A stretch of DNA of 25,469 bases from positions 1-25,469 of the IMG/VR virus record IMGVR_UViG_3300006164_000041, one strand, 5' to 3'. The position numbers were made by a program, and so were the translations under genes. Below the pieces are notes generated by a model. The model was given only the letters and a program-made list of their open reading frames with translations. It did not search any database and had not been told where the DNA came from. Of the stretch, positions 7,934-17,843 are shown piece after piece (the stretch's first letter is position 1; every line of letters starts with the position of its first letter). The stretch is from a virus. Lineage: Duplodnaviria; Caudoviricetes.

Positions 7934-9538
7934 AGATTTGTTTTCTGCTAATCTGGATATGAGGTTGGTGGGGTTTTTTAGTTTAAGAACTCCGCCACCT
8001 TCGTACTCTTCCTCTGATTGCGAAGCAGAAGACCCAATTGCAATGGGAGTTAAAGACATTAAGTTGTTTAAAAGGTGTTGAAGCGTTTGAATTTTATCGT
8101 CTACATTGCCTCCTCTTAAGCTTTTAAAAAATTCAACCCCGCCTCTAGGCACCCTTGCACCTAAAACATTGTATGAGCTTTTCTTCATTAAGTCTTCTAC
8201 CTTGATGTCGTCTCTCATTGTAAACTCTATCCATCTATCTAGAGCTTCTTTTGTTTCTTCTGTATTCCATTTTGTGTTGGTTGTTACAGGTTTGTTTGTT
8301 GCCACCTCAGCTAACAACCTCATCTCCATTACTCTGGCTCTAATCTCTTCAGGCTCAGTAGTTTGGGGGTAATTAGGGTTTTCTTGAGTATACTTTTTAA
8401 GTATCTGCAAGTCTCCTGACTCTTCCATAAAAGTTCCAAGAGTTGTATGATCTATTTCATGAATCATAGTTAAAAACGGATCTGGATCTGAAGGGTTTAT
8501 TGTAATCAATCGGTCATTTGCACTGTACTTAGAAATAGTAGCTTTTCCAACAGAGTTCTCCATAAACTTGTATCTTACAGGAACGTCTAAACCTTTTTTT
8601 ATTTTATCGTACAGTATCGAAGCAGCTTTTTGTGGGTCGTTGACTTGCAAATATTCTATATCTGGTAAACCATCGTCTCCCTCAACCATTTCAGACGGGC
8701 GAGTAGCTTTAGGTTTTGCTTGAGCTGTCTCTAGTTTGGTTTTTATTGCAGGATCGTTTAAATAATTCTTCATCCAATCTAAACCTTTTTCCGTATCTGC
8801 AAGTAAACCTTCAGTAACTCCGTTTGAACCGTAATTAGTAAGATTTGTTGATTTTAGATTTATTGAACTAAGTTCTTTCTTAGCTTTTACACCTTTGTTT
8901 AACTGTTTAATAACGTTAACCTTATTTTCGTTATCTGAAAAGATACCTAAAGACCGTGTTTGCGGGGCTCGCTTACCAAGTACACTCTTCCAAACGTTTG
9001 CTGTAGGTTTAGCCCCTAATAAAAACAGAGCGTTCCATGCTGCATCGCTTAATTCATCCCAAACATTATTTAAATCGCTTCCAGAAAGATTGCCGTTTTT
9101 AAAAGATTGTAACAAAACTTTATCAGCTTCAGTTAAAGACTCATCAATTTTCAGTACACTTTCTGCAAACGTAGCTGGGTTTAAAACCTGAGCAGTAAAG
9201 TCCATAGCGCCGTCAGGCGTTGAATCCCATTCAGCTGGAGTAGGTTTTCTGTATTCTTCTGACTCTCCTAGTCCAGGATTACTTATAGCCCATCGAGCAG
9301 CCTTCATAGGGTTTGACAACATACTTAACCAAGAAACTGTTTCCTGTTCATCTGGAGCCTGTGATAACCTGTCTGGTCGAGACAATAAACGTACCTCCTC
9401 TTGAGGCAGTCCAGGCATAACAACGTTAGTAGATTCAGAAACTAACCCATCAGGAGGCCAATGAACACCACCGTGATCGTAACTTTTTTTAACAGACCTT
9501 CGTCCTTTTTTTTTCTTTTTGTTATAAATCACTACCAC
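7916..9538 (-). CDS. Putative virion cargo protein with zincin-like metallopeptidase domain
   Basis: HEIDH (HExxH) plus downstream PEEIRAR; YxxGG motifs near both termini; GTG start. Confidence 0.65.
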   Translation of the reverse strand: MVVIYNKKKKKGRRSVKKSYDHGGVHWPPDGLVSESTNVVMPGLPQEEVRLLSRPDRLSQAPDEQETVSWLSMLSNPMKAARWAISNPGLGESEEYRKPTPAEWDSTPDGAMDFTAQVLNPATFAESVLKIDESLTEADKVLLQSFKNGNLSGSDLNNVWDELSDAAWNALFLLGAKPTANVWKSVLGKRAPQTRSLGIFSDNENKVNVIKQLNKGVKAKKELSSINLKSTNLTNYGSNGVTEGLLADTEKGLDWMKNYLNDPAIKTKLETAQAKPKATRPSEMVEGDDGLPDIEYLQVNDPQKAASILYDKIKKGLDVPVRYKFMENSVGKATISKYSANDRLITINPSDPDPFLTMIHEIDHTTLGTFMEESGDLQILKKYTQENPNYPQTTEPEEIRARVMEMRLLAEVATNKPVTTNTKWNTEETKEALDRWIEFTMRDDIKVEDLMKKSSYNVLGARVPRGGVEFFKSLRGGNVDDKIQTLQHLLNNLMSLTPIAIGSSASQSEEEYEGGGVLKLKNPTNLISRLAENKSLNRQH

Positions 9539-9801
9539 TTAACTTTGTTAGCCCAGTAAGCTGCAGAGAGAATTCCACGAGCTATATTTTTAGCATGCCT
9601 AGCTTTAAAAGCTTTATTACGTTTACTTCCGTCAGGACTTCCAGTTTTTCCCTGCTGTCCAAAACGAATCAGTTTTGTTTCACTTCCTTTTTTAGCTACA
9701 ACAACGTGAGATTTTGTTTTATGACTTGGAGTTCTTTTGGCTTTGTTGTACCCAGAGACTCCCGCTATAGTTAATTTAGAATCTTTCTTTTTTACTTTCA
9801 T
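9532..9801 (-). CDS. Small, highly basic conserved phage protein
   Basis: KLIRFGQQG...FKARH...SAAYWANKVKW pattern typical of a widespread phage family. Confidence 0.75.
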   Translation of the reverse strand: MKVKKKDSKLTIAGVSGYNKAKRTPSHKTKSHVVVAKKGSETKLIRFGQQGKTGSPDGSKRNKAFKARHAKNIARGILSAAYWANKVKW

Positions 9802-10163
9802 TAGAACGAGCTCATTAAAATTTCATCCACTGCATCTTGAACATCTCTCTTGCTAGCTTCTAGCTGCATCATAATATTTGCTTGAAACCTTTCAACTTCT
9901 TCACCGTCGTTAAATATTATAACGGTAGGAACTACAACGATTTTATGTTTCTTCTGCATGTCAGGAGAAGATCCTATGTCCACCCTCCTTCCTTTACAAT
10001 CGCTTAGTTCATCTATCCATACAACACTGTTAGAGGAATTAAACCCAGCATTAAACTCTACTACACATAAGCCTTCATCAGGTAGATAAGGACGTTCAAC
10101 AATAGGGGAGTGAACTGCGGGAGCCAATAGAATTAGCCAAAAGGTAAGAATTAAGGTTTTCAT
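9801..10163 (-). CDS. Secreted thioredoxin-fold protein lacking CxxC
   Basis: Signal peptide; VVEFNAGFN at the position of VDFWAxWCxxC; VVPTVIIFNDGEEVERF cis-Pro motif. Confidence 0.7.
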   Translation of the reverse strand: MKTLILTFWLILLAPAVHSPIVERPYLPDEGLCVVEFNAGFNSSNSVVWIDELSDCKGRRVDIGSSPDMQKKHKIVVVPTVIIFNDGEEVERFQANIMMQLEASKRDVQDAVDEILMSSF

Positions 10164-10169
10164 AAGTTG

Positions 10170-10448
10170 TTACTTTAGTTCATCAATTTTTCTTTCAATG
10201 TTTTTAAGATCAGCTTTTATTTCAAGAACATCTTCTTGTGTAGTCATGATCGTCTGACGAACCAGCTTGTCCTTCATGTCAAACTCCATACGTGTGATCT
10301 CAGGATCAGGAGGAATAGGCAGTTCCATTGCTCTCGCTATGTCTGCTTGAAGTATAAACCACATAGAGATTACAGTCACCATCGCCGTCCCTATCCCTAT
10401 CAATGTTTTTACATTTATTGTAAAACCTGTATTCTCATCTAACTTCAT
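10170..10448 (-). CDS. Single-pass membrane protein with C-terminal coiled coil
   Basis: Transmembrane segment LIGIGTAMVTVISMWFIL; heptad tail VLEIKADLKNIERKIDELK. Confidence 0.7.
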   Translation of the reverse strand: MKLDENTGFTINVKTLIGIGTAMVTVISMWFILQADIARAMELPIPPDPEITRMEFDMKDKLVRQTIMTTQEDVLEIKADLKNIERKIDELK

Positions 10449-10453
10449 ACCTA

Positions 10454-11545
10454 TTATTTTATTACGTAATTAACACCCATTGTTAAACTCCCGTATGGTC
10501 TTCCCCAATACTCACTAAAATTACCCTCCGTAAAAACCCCTAAATGTTTACCTATGTTTGCTCCAAATACAATACCTGCGTTGTAGTCTATCCAGGAGTT
10601 ACCTACAACTCTACCGTAAGAGTATTCCCACTCCCCAAACTCTTTGTGATAAGGCATAACATTAGCCCAAGTGTGCAACCAAAAGTCTTTAGAGTAGTGG
10701 TAAAAGTCAACCCCTACTGCAGCTGATATCTGGTATTGGTTTGGTAGTAAGCTTCTTACATCCCTGTTGTAATCGTTAACGATCTTCCCGTATTTGTATC
10801 TTCTAAACTCGGAGTCGGTTTCTGCCACTAAGTTACCTTCAGGCCCGTACCATTCCCAATCGCTCCACTCCCCATTAGTATACTCCCCGTCATCGTTAGA
10901 GTCAACGTAAACCCAGCTGTCTGTATAGTTGTAATCATAAGCCAACAACCACCACGCCCCTGAATTTTCTTCTATCCAGTCTTCAATAGGTGCTACGGTG
11001 TAGGATGGATGCCTACGACCCGCTACACCTGCAGTAAAATTTAGTTTTTTACCTACCTTAACGCGTAACTTTAAACCAGCTTCTAAATACTTTATATCCG
11101 CTCTTGCGTTCTCTAGGAAGTCAAGCTCTGCTACGAACCATTTAGAGAGGTGTCTAAGGAAGTATCTCTGGTCTATAGACTCTCTACCCGTAAGCCTTAC
11201 CTCCGAGCGCTCAAACACGTACTCAAAACCGCTTACGCTACCTACGTTAGCTTCTTCCGACATGGAAACTTCAGAACCGTCATAGAAGTTCTTTGCTTTG
11301 ATTTCGTATTTAAACCTAGCTAACTTTCTTAACCCTACGGAAAAAGTGTAGTTTGGCTCATACTCCATAGGCAGAACTGTTAATACGCCATCTCGAACAG
11401 CATAGACATCATCCTGAACCATAGAGTTCGATTGATTAAAAGAAGCGTATAATGTACTGTACTTAAAAAAATCTTTTATAACCCCTTGAGCGCTTACAGG
11501 AAGGATAAATAACCAAAGAACATTTAAAAAGAATAGTTTTTTCAT
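10454..11545 (-). CDS. Predicted outer-membrane beta-barrel protein
   Basis: Signal peptide ending VSA|Q; many alternating amphipathic strands; aromatic-rich; terminal strand GSLTMGVNYVIK. Confidence 0.6.
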   Translation of the reverse strand: MKKLFFLNVLWLFILPVSAQGVIKDFFKYSTLYASFNQSNSMVQDDVYAVRDGVLTVLPMEYEPNYTFSVGLRKLARFKYEIKAKNFYDGSEVSMSEEANVGSVSGFEYVFERSEVRLTGRESIDQRYFLRHLSKWFVAELDFLENARADIKYLEAGLKLRVKVGKKLNFTAGVAGRRHPSYTVAPIEDWIEENSGAWWLLAYDYNYTDSWVYVDSNDDGEYTNGEWSDWEWYGPEGNLVAETDSEFRRYKYGKIVNDYNRDVRSLLPNQYQISAAVGVDFYHYSKDFWLHTWANVMPYHKEFGEWEYSYGRVVGNSWIDYNAGIVFGANIGKHLGVFTEGNFSEYWGRPYGSLTMGVNYVIK

Positions 11546-11559
11546 TTTTGCCTATATTA

Positions 11560-11730
11560 TTAAGTAATCACTTGTATTGATCTAATTAATTTCTCAGTTA
11601 ATACCGTAGAGCTTGCCGCTAAAGGTTTTACAGATATAGAGGGAGTGCTTTTTTTAAAATTTACAGCAAGGCTTCCGCTAACGGATACACTAATAGTACT
11701 TTCAAGGGATGTGCTTATAGATATACTCAT
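11560..11730 (-). CDS. Small Ser/Ile/Val-rich protein (56 aa, MSISISTSLESTISV...)
   Basis: Hand-translated; TAATG coupling to the upstream gene; beta-strand-like composition. Confidence 0.6.
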   Translation of the reverse strand: MSISISTSLESTISVSVSGSLAVNFKKSTPSISVKPLAASSTVLTEKLIRSIQVIT

Positions 11731-12230
11731 TAGTTCTCAAACGCTTCAGTAATATCTGGGTTAACTATAAATTTACCTCTTAAAACAGTTCTATGAGTGT
11801 CCAATCCAGAACTGTTAGGTAAGATGTATTGCAAGTCATATGAATAAGAACCAGAAGGAACTTTACTCATAGTTTCCGCAGATGCTTTTATGGTTACATT
11901 TCCCACATCGTCTAGTGTAGGTGCTTCAAATGTATTGCGTCCAGAAACAGAAGGTATTTGTATTGCTGGAGTCCTAGTCTTTGATTTGACTCGAACTTGA
12001 TCTTTAGCGGCTGCATTAGGAGTGCCTAGTATTAAAGATGAAACACTAGATCTTCCTCTTTTGCTTATCTCTTTAGATTTTACTTGCATTAAAAAAACAT
12101 ACTCACTTGTAGATAACGTGAGTAGAGTACCCGCTGAATCTTTTAGAGTAATTGTAATAGAAAAAGTATCACCTTTTCTACAGGTTATATTTAATACATC
12201 TGAAGTATCTAAATTTACTGAACTAGCCAT
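11730..12230 (-). CDS. BppU-N-like (Ig-like) tail/baseplate-associated structural protein
   Basis: RKGDTFSITITLKD...YSYDLQ...VLRGKFIVNPDIT pattern. Confidence 0.6.
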   Translation of the reverse strand: MASSVNLDTSDVLNITCRKGDTFSITITLKDSAGTLLTLSTSEYVFLMQVKSKEISKRGRSSVSSLILGTPNAAAKDQVRVKSKTRTPAIQIPSVSGRNTFEAPTLDDVGNVTIKASAETMSKVPSGSYSYDLQYILPNSSGLDTHRTVLRGKFIVNPDITEAFEN

Positions 12231-12231
12231 T

Positions 12232-14670
12232 TTATTCGTTTAATAATGCATTAATTAGTTTGTTTGAGCTTTCAGGCAACTCACTTCTTTTTCCTTGTCT
12301 TTGAGAAATCAGCTTGCTTTGATCGGAAGTCTGTTGGTCTAATCTATCGTCTTTTCGAGTCTCTTTTAAAACCTCTAACTTTTCTTTAAACTCTTTGTCG
12401 TCTTCTTTAAACCCAAGTGTAGCTTGAGCTTTAATCATCTCAATCTCCTTTTTAAACTCATGACGCATTTGCTCCATCTTCATGTTAACCTCAGCCTCCA
12501 TCTGTATCTTCTGTCCTTCAAATTGAGCTGCTGCTTGCATCTCACTCATTTTAGCCTGTTGAGATTGTTGAGCTATTTGAGACTGAATTTCCGCTTGTTG
12601 TTTTGAGTTTTGCATAGCCATCTCTTGTCGTAAAGCCATACGTTTTTTACGCCTAACAACTAAAAGTCTTTCCGCTTGATTAATATCCTTGAGCCCACGA
12701 ACAGCTATAGCATCTTCTAAGTCTAACTCCTGCTGTTGTAAAGCCATCTGAATGTTTTGTTCTAAATAGGCTTTATCCTTTTCCTCCATGTCTTTAACAA
12801 CAACCACCCCAAAGTTATACATTGGGAGATCTTTAAAAGAAGCCAAAGCTTTCATGTTAGTATCCCCTATAGCGTTTTGATAAACTTTATAAAGAACAGA
12901 CTCAACGGGGATAATTTGAATGCACTTAACTATATCCTCACAAACCTTTTTAAATAAGATCATTGAAGCATTAGTTATATCGTAGATGGCGTTATTCCCT
13001 GCAGCTATGGCTTGTTGTTGAACACCAACCAAAGCATCCCCTTTGGGAGAAGAAGCATCCATAGCCTCATTAATACCCGTAGTGTCTCTTATTAAACCTA
13101 AGTAATGATTATACAAACCTATAAGCTCGTTAATATTCCTTATGCTATTGCCTATCTCTCGTACTGGAGGGTTTTGAAATCCACCTTCTGGGTTTTTACT
13201 TCTGTAATAAAAAACACCAGTTTGCTCGTATATATCGTGAAGGTCTAGAGGTTGTAGATCTCCCCCTTTACCTAATTGAACATTTTCTAAACCTTCTATG
13301 TCTATAATTAAACCGTCTGGTTTAGCTTTTGCTATAGCTTGCTGTATTTTTAAATGAGTCAGTTGAAGCATGTCAGCAAACCCTACACAGCTATCTACCA
13401 TAGACTTAGGCATCATGTTCCGAAGGTTTGTAGCCGTTACAGAGTAGGATAGTCTAGCCTTAGATATATCGTGAATATTTTTAGGTACATTTTTAGTCTT
13501 ACCGTAACCAAATAAATAGTTGCAACCTAAAACGTAGCTACCACCATAAACTGTAGATATCTCTAATTTATGAGGGGTACGTTCAAATACGCTGTTTTTA
13601 TTGGCTCTCGCTTCAAAGCCTTTAAAGTAAAAACCAGTGTTCCCATGTCGGTTTTCTTTCTCCTCAAAATGTATACAATCAACAGCAATAAACTCAAAGT
13701 CTAAAACCTCAACCATATACTCATCATAACCAAAACCAGTAACACCTAAGGCGTCATTGTAGCTTTTTTTATTATACTTACTGGAGTCGTTACCGTTACG
13801 ACCTTTAGATTTCTCTGCTATCTTCTGAAAATCCTCTTCAGAAAGCTCACCCCCTGAAATGCGTTTTAACTCCTGTATGGAGATTTTTTTAATATGCCCA
13901 GCATATACAAGGTCGTCGAAATTTGGATCTTCTGTATGACTATGTATAAACATGCAAGGATCTACATAAGATGTTTTAATACCCTCATTAGGGTCGTTAG
14001 ATCTTTTTACTACAGACATACCTAATGTGGCTAGATCATTAACGCATCTACGGAATGTATTGTCAACAAAATTATTCCAAGTAAGAGTAAGCTCTGTACC
14101 TAATTGAGCAGAAATCTCTCCGTCGCTTTTAATGTTGGTGTCAAATAAAATCTCCGCTTCTTCTGGTGTGTCTGGAATAGAGTCTGGATCCATATCTAAA
14201 ACAACCCCTGTCTTATCTTTAAGTTCTTTTAACTTACTTTTAGACTGAACCTGCATTAAAACCTTTTTCTTTTTTTCATTCTTTTCAGAAGAAGACAAAG
14301 GGTCTACAGCCTCTAAATTAGGATAAGGGTTTACAGATAAGATCTTATTGACTACAATTCTAACAAACTTAGGCAGAATAGGAACTGGAGTGTAATCCAT
14401 GTTCAATAAAGCTCCATCTGCTTTGTTAGGTTGAAGAGAGTTTAATAACTGCTTGTATATACTTGTATCTTGTACTCCAATAGCATAATCTCTATCTTTC
14501 TCAAATATTCTGTTTCGCTTACCTACTAAAGAAGATTCGTCAGTAGTCTTTCCCCATTGAGACTCAATAGCTCTTGCGTATTGAATACCATATTCTTTAG
14601 ATTGCTTTTTCTCCGTAGACTCTAGTGGACTAGGAAACCCTTGCTTACTTTTATTGTTGTTATTGTACAT
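12232..14670 (-). CDS. Portal protein
   Basis: 812 aa directly downstream of the terminase; YTPVPILPKFV motif and Gln-rich C-terminal coiled coil. Confidence 0.85.
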   Translation of the reverse strand: MYNNNNKSKQGFPSPLESTEKKQSKEYGIQYARAIESQWGKTTDESSLVGKRNRIFEKDRDYAIGVQDTSIYKQLLNSLQPNKADGALLNMDYTPVPILPKFVRIVVNKILSVNPYPNLEAVDPLSSSEKNEKKKKVLMQVQSKSKLKELKDKTGVVLDMDPDSIPDTPEEAEILFDTNIKSDGEISAQLGTELTLTWNNFVDNTFRRCVNDLATLGMSVVKRSNDPNEGIKTSYVDPCMFIHSHTEDPNFDDLVYAGHIKKISIQELKRISGGELSEEDFQKIAEKSKGRNGNDSSKYNKKSYNDALGVTGFGYDEYMVEVLDFEFIAVDCIHFEEKENRHGNTGFYFKGFEARANKNSVFERTPHKLEISTVYGGSYVLGCNYLFGYGKTKNVPKNIHDISKARLSYSVTATNLRNMMPKSMVDSCVGFADMLQLTHLKIQQAIAKAKPDGLIIDIEGLENVQLGKGGDLQPLDLHDIYEQTGVFYYRSKNPEGGFQNPPVREIGNSIRNINELIGLYNHYLGLIRDTTGINEAMDASSPKGDALVGVQQQAIAAGNNAIYDITNASMILFKKVCEDIVKCIQIIPVESVLYKVYQNAIGDTNMKALASFKDLPMYNFGVVVVKDMEEKDKAYLEQNIQMALQQQELDLEDAIAVRGLKDINQAERLLVVRRKKRMALRQEMAMQNSKQQAEIQSQIAQQSQQAKMSEMQAAAQFEGQKIQMEAEVNMKMEQMRHEFKKEIEMIKAQATLGFKEDDKEFKEKLEVLKETRKDDRLDQQTSDQSKLISQRQGKRSELPESSNKLINALLNE

Positions 14671-14696
14671 CCTTAAGATATGGTATTTCTATTTAG

Positions 14697-14704
14697 CAAA
14701 TATA
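14697..14704 (-). promoter_or_regulatory. TAnnTTTG (-7) promoter element upstream of portal
   Basis: TATATTTG on the minus strand in a short intergenic gap; no clear -33 TTG. Confidence 0.5.
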
Positions 14705-14709
14705 GTAAA

Positions 14710-16827
14710 TCATCCGATTACTTGATATCTCCTAAAGAATTGTTTTTCAGTTAAGTCCGAAGCCTTTTTAGTTTTAGATTTTTGCGCTCCTAATAGAGCT
14801 AATCCAGAACTAATAGTAAGGTCATACTTAGTTCTATCGTCTATTTTGTATCCTATCCAGTCTTCTAATGTTTTGTTAAAATACATTTTTCCAACCTCTC
14901 CTGTCTCTCTATTTATACCTACGTGATCATGTATAAAGGCTTCAATAGCATGAGCATGAGCCTGAATTACATCTTGAGAGTTTGAAGGAATGCCTTTTGT
15001 TTTAGACTTACTACCGCTTGCGCTAAGTAAATGTTTAGGTCTATCCATTAGGTATCCATCATAACCCCTTGACTCAAAGTACCTTGCGATACCGTACTTA
15101 TTGTTCTCAATTAAGATAGGGTAACCATAAAAAACCGCAGCCATTAAAACATCTTCATAGAATATTTTTGCTAAAGGAGGCCTAGAAGCATACTCTAACA
15201 CAAACATATTAGAAGGGTTCTCTATATGGAATTTGTTATATAGATGTAAAGCGCCTTTAGATCCTCTGCCATCTACCGTAGCATCCAAGTCATATGAGTC
15301 TACTCCACCTACACCGAAGTCTGGATGTGGTGGAACACGTTTTCCTCTTTCTGTTCTTTTCTGATTGCGAAAATCAACAGGAGGCATCCAAGCAATTTTA
15401 AACCTACCCTGAGGGTTTGGGTTAAACACTACCTCAGTGTCTTTTAAACCTCCCTTCCAAGTAAAGTTACCTTTAACTACAGGGTTTGGAAAAAGCTCAT
15501 CATTATGTTCAACTTGCTCATATATTTGACCTATGTTAAATACACTTCCATCTATACTATCTCTAAAGGCTTCATCCTCCGTAAAAGGAAACTGTCTTAC
15601 TACCTCGTTCAACTCTGAAGCGTCATTTTTCAATGAGTCTCTTTCGTTCTTTAGAAAAGTTTTTGCACCTGTGTAAATATACTCATCGTCTATTCCCTCT
15701 ATGGTTTCTGACGGGTCTTCAATAATTGGACAACCATATTTATCAAAGAAGCCTTCTAAAGACTCGTAAGCAGGTATAAAAAGTCTATACAATCCCGTTC
15801 TAGTCCTGCCATTCTTGTTCCTCTCCAAAGGATTTGAATCCTCCCATAGATCTTTGTACTGACTTCCCCCTTTGTTCATTGGGTTTACCGTGCTTCCTAC
15901 CATTGCTTTCCCTACGATTTTTCTTCCGACGATCAAACACGTCCTCTGAATCCTCCAAGCGTCCCTTATGTCTGTAGGTCTTTCCCATTTTCCTGCTTCA
16001 TCTAGATATAACAAGTGAAGTTTTTCACCGTCATATGCGTTATTAGTTGTGTTTTTCCAGTTTATAACTGTATTAAGAGCCTCTCCTATATGTGAGGTTT
16101 TGTTCTTTTTTGTTATACGTTTTGAAGGCTCTCTAAAAGCTAGCTCCATACGTGGGTTCGTTGTACCGTCCTGTATGGGCTTAAAGAAAAAAGGATAGTT
16201 TCTAAACATAAACACCACCTTTTTCATAAATATATTCTCTTGAGCGTCTTTACCAGTTTTAGACTGTATACCTAAAAGCTTTTCTTTTACTTGCGTTCCT
16301 TCGTCTACAAGGACAGCAGAGCACATATTGGTATAACCAGATCTACGACACTTAGTGTATAGCTGACCGATACATCTAGGGTCAACTTCACAAGCAGCTA
16401 AGTGTGTAAAAATATCTTTTTGAAAGTTTAAAAAATAAGGGTAACCAATATCTAGCTTGGTCCACTGAAGCATCATGTAGTGCCTCCCCGTAATATATGT
16501 AGGTGTACCGTTGTTATAAAACCAAAAACCCTCACGCCTACGCCGAAATTCTTCCTCGATATATGGACGAAACCTCGCTCGGAACTCTCTTGGCATTTCT
16601 TCCCACTCATCCATAGAACGAATACGAGACAGTTCCTTCGGCATAGATATCCTTCTCCACATTTGCACAGAGTTTGCGTCTTTATATCCAAAAATTTCTT
16701 TCTTCGGCGGCCTTTTCGGAAGACAAATGAGTAGCCCACTGAGTTCGACAATCTCACCTTCCGTACTATTTGGGCAAATTTTAATTGCTGGATCTTCATA
16801 TTCCTTTACGTCTAATAAGACACTCAT
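14710..16827 (-). CDS. terL: Terminase large subunit
   Basis: Walker A-like KCRRSGYT, Walker B LLYLDEAGK, coupling motif GST, RNase H-like GGVDSYD, IENN and YDLTIS. Confidence 0.92.
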   Translation of the reverse strand: MSVLLDVKEYEDPAIKICPNSTEGEIVELSGLLICLPKRPPKKEIFGYKDANSVQMWRRISMPKELSRIRSMDEWEEMPREFRARFRPYIEEEFRRRREGFWFYNNGTPTYITGRHYMMLQWTKLDIGYPYFLNFQKDIFTHLAACEVDPRCIGQLYTKCRRSGYTNMCSAVLVDEGTQVKEKLLGIQSKTGKDAQENIFMKKVVFMFRNYPFFFKPIQDGTTNPRMELAFREPSKRITKKNKTSHIGEALNTVINWKNTTNNAYDGEKLHLLYLDEAGKWERPTDIRDAWRIQRTCLIVGRKIVGKAMVGSTVNPMNKGGSQYKDLWEDSNPLERNKNGRTRTGLYRLFIPAYESLEGFFDKYGCPIIEDPSETIEGIDDEYIYTGAKTFLKNERDSLKNDASELNEVVRQFPFTEDEAFRDSIDGSVFNIGQIYEQVEHNDELFPNPVVKGNFTWKGGLKDTEVVFNPNPQGRFKIAWMPPVDFRNQKRTERGKRVPPHPDFGVGGVDSYDLDATVDGRGSKGALHLYNKFHIENPSNMFVLEYASRPPLAKIFYEDVLMAAVFYGYPILIENNKYGIARYFESRGYDGYLMDRPKHLLSASGSKSKTKGIPSNSQDVIQAHAHAIEAFIHDHVGINRETGEVGKMYFNKTLEDWIGYKIDDRTKYDLTISSGLALLGAQKSKTKKASDLTEKQFFRRYQVIG

Positions 16828-17015
16828 TAAAATGTCTGTCCAAATCTATTAGATCTAAAGCTAGGTGCACCTGACTTAGGGTTTGCCAGCTCTAGATACT
16901 CTCCACATTTTTCACATTCGATATCGTTTATAGCTCCCTTGCCCTCAACGTATCTTATTGTAACGCCTGATTTGCTTACAACGTTTTCGTTGCATTCACA
17001 TTTGTAATCTGCCAT
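16827..17015 (-). CDS. Zinc-ribbon protein (62 aa, FmdB-like)
   Basis: MADYKCEC...IECEKCG; ATG 17015 follows the upstream stop and is preferred over 17108. Confidence 0.65.
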   Translation of the reverse strand: MADYKCECNENVVSKSGVTIRYVEGKGAINDIECEKCGEYLELANPKSGAPSFRSNRFGQTF

Positions 17016-17019
17016 TTTA

Positions 17020-17229
17020 TTAAAATTTTGCTTTAACGTAACCTTTACTATGTTTATACGGAGACATGTATTTTGGAGCTGGGCCATCACAACACCACTC
17101 CCCTGCACCTCCCCACGGATCTATACACCAACATTGGTTGTACTTACGTGCTTGAGATCGTCTATGTTTATTTTGCACAGAACATGACGCTAATAATATA
17201 GCCGCCATGAAGATAAGTAAATATTTCAT
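17020..17229 (-). CDS. Small Cys-rich lipoprotein
   Basis: Lipobox LLAS|C after a hydrophobic stretch; CWC and WCC in the mature part. Confidence 0.65.
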   Translation of the reverse strand: MKYLLIFMAAILLASCSVQNKHRRSQARKYNQCWCIDPWGGAGEWCCDGPAPKYMSPYKHSKGYVKAKF

Positions 17230-17253
17230 TATATATAAATTTAATTTAATAGC

Positions 17254-17481
17254 TTATACGCTATTCTTTTTTTTAGGTCTATTGTTAGCTCTGTTTATAG
17301 ATTGAGCTTGAGGTCTAGTCTTGCCCCCTTTATCAAAATGAGCCTCGTCTAATCCGTCTCCGTTTCCGTAGGTCCCTTTTTTTCTATTAATCTGATTTAA
17401 ATTCGCACGATATTTCTTAGCTTTAAGCTTAGACCCGTATTTAGCGTACTCTTTTTTATAATCTCTTTTTATAGCTTTCAT
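17254..17481 (-). CDS. Small basic protein with degenerate HNH-like motif
   Basis: RDYKKEY...GDGLDEAH...SINRANN. Confidence 0.65.
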   Translation of the reverse strand: MKAIKRDYKKEYAKYGSKLKAKKYRANLNQINRKKGTYGNGDGLDEAHFDKGGKTRPQAQSINRANNRPKKKNSV

Positions 17482-17483
17482 AA

Positions 17484-17843
17484 CTATTGCAAGTTACGAA
17501 TATTTTCTCGCCTCTCATGAGTTACTTTTCTGTGACAATTGGAACACCTTACTTCGCATTTATCAATTTCTTTTTGTATAGTTTCAAAACAATATGATTG
17601 ATTAACCATGTCTGAGATGTTGTTCTTCTTTTCTCCTCTTACGTGATCAAAATCTAATACCACGGGGTTATCTTCTCCGCAATCTATACATCCGTAAAGT
17701 TCTTTTATAAAAGAGACATACCCCCTGTTTTTATAATTTTGACTTCTATTTCTTTTTAAGGTCCTAGATTTTATCTTTTCTTTATTTTCTTCGTAGTGAC
17801 GTTTAGAAGCTGCCGCTTGATCTTCTTTGTTTGTATAAGCCAT
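17484..17843 (-). CDS. HNH endonuclease
   Basis: CIDCG...LDFDH...CEVRCSNCHR. Confidence 0.85.
   Translation of the reverse strand: MAYTNKEDQAAASKRHYEENKEKIKSRTLKRNRSQNYKNRGYVSFIKELYGCIDCGEDNPVVLDFDHVRGEKKNNISDMVNQSYCFETIQKEIDKCEVRCSNCHRKVTHERRENIRNLQ

Noticed and set aside
14710-17481. FGVGG in the terminase and FDKGG in the 75-aa basic protein as extra GG tags
   Set aside because: FGVGG is part of the RNase H catalytic strand, and FDKGG is inside the HNH-like motif with no basic prefix. Neither was counted; nor was FPGGG in the giant protein.
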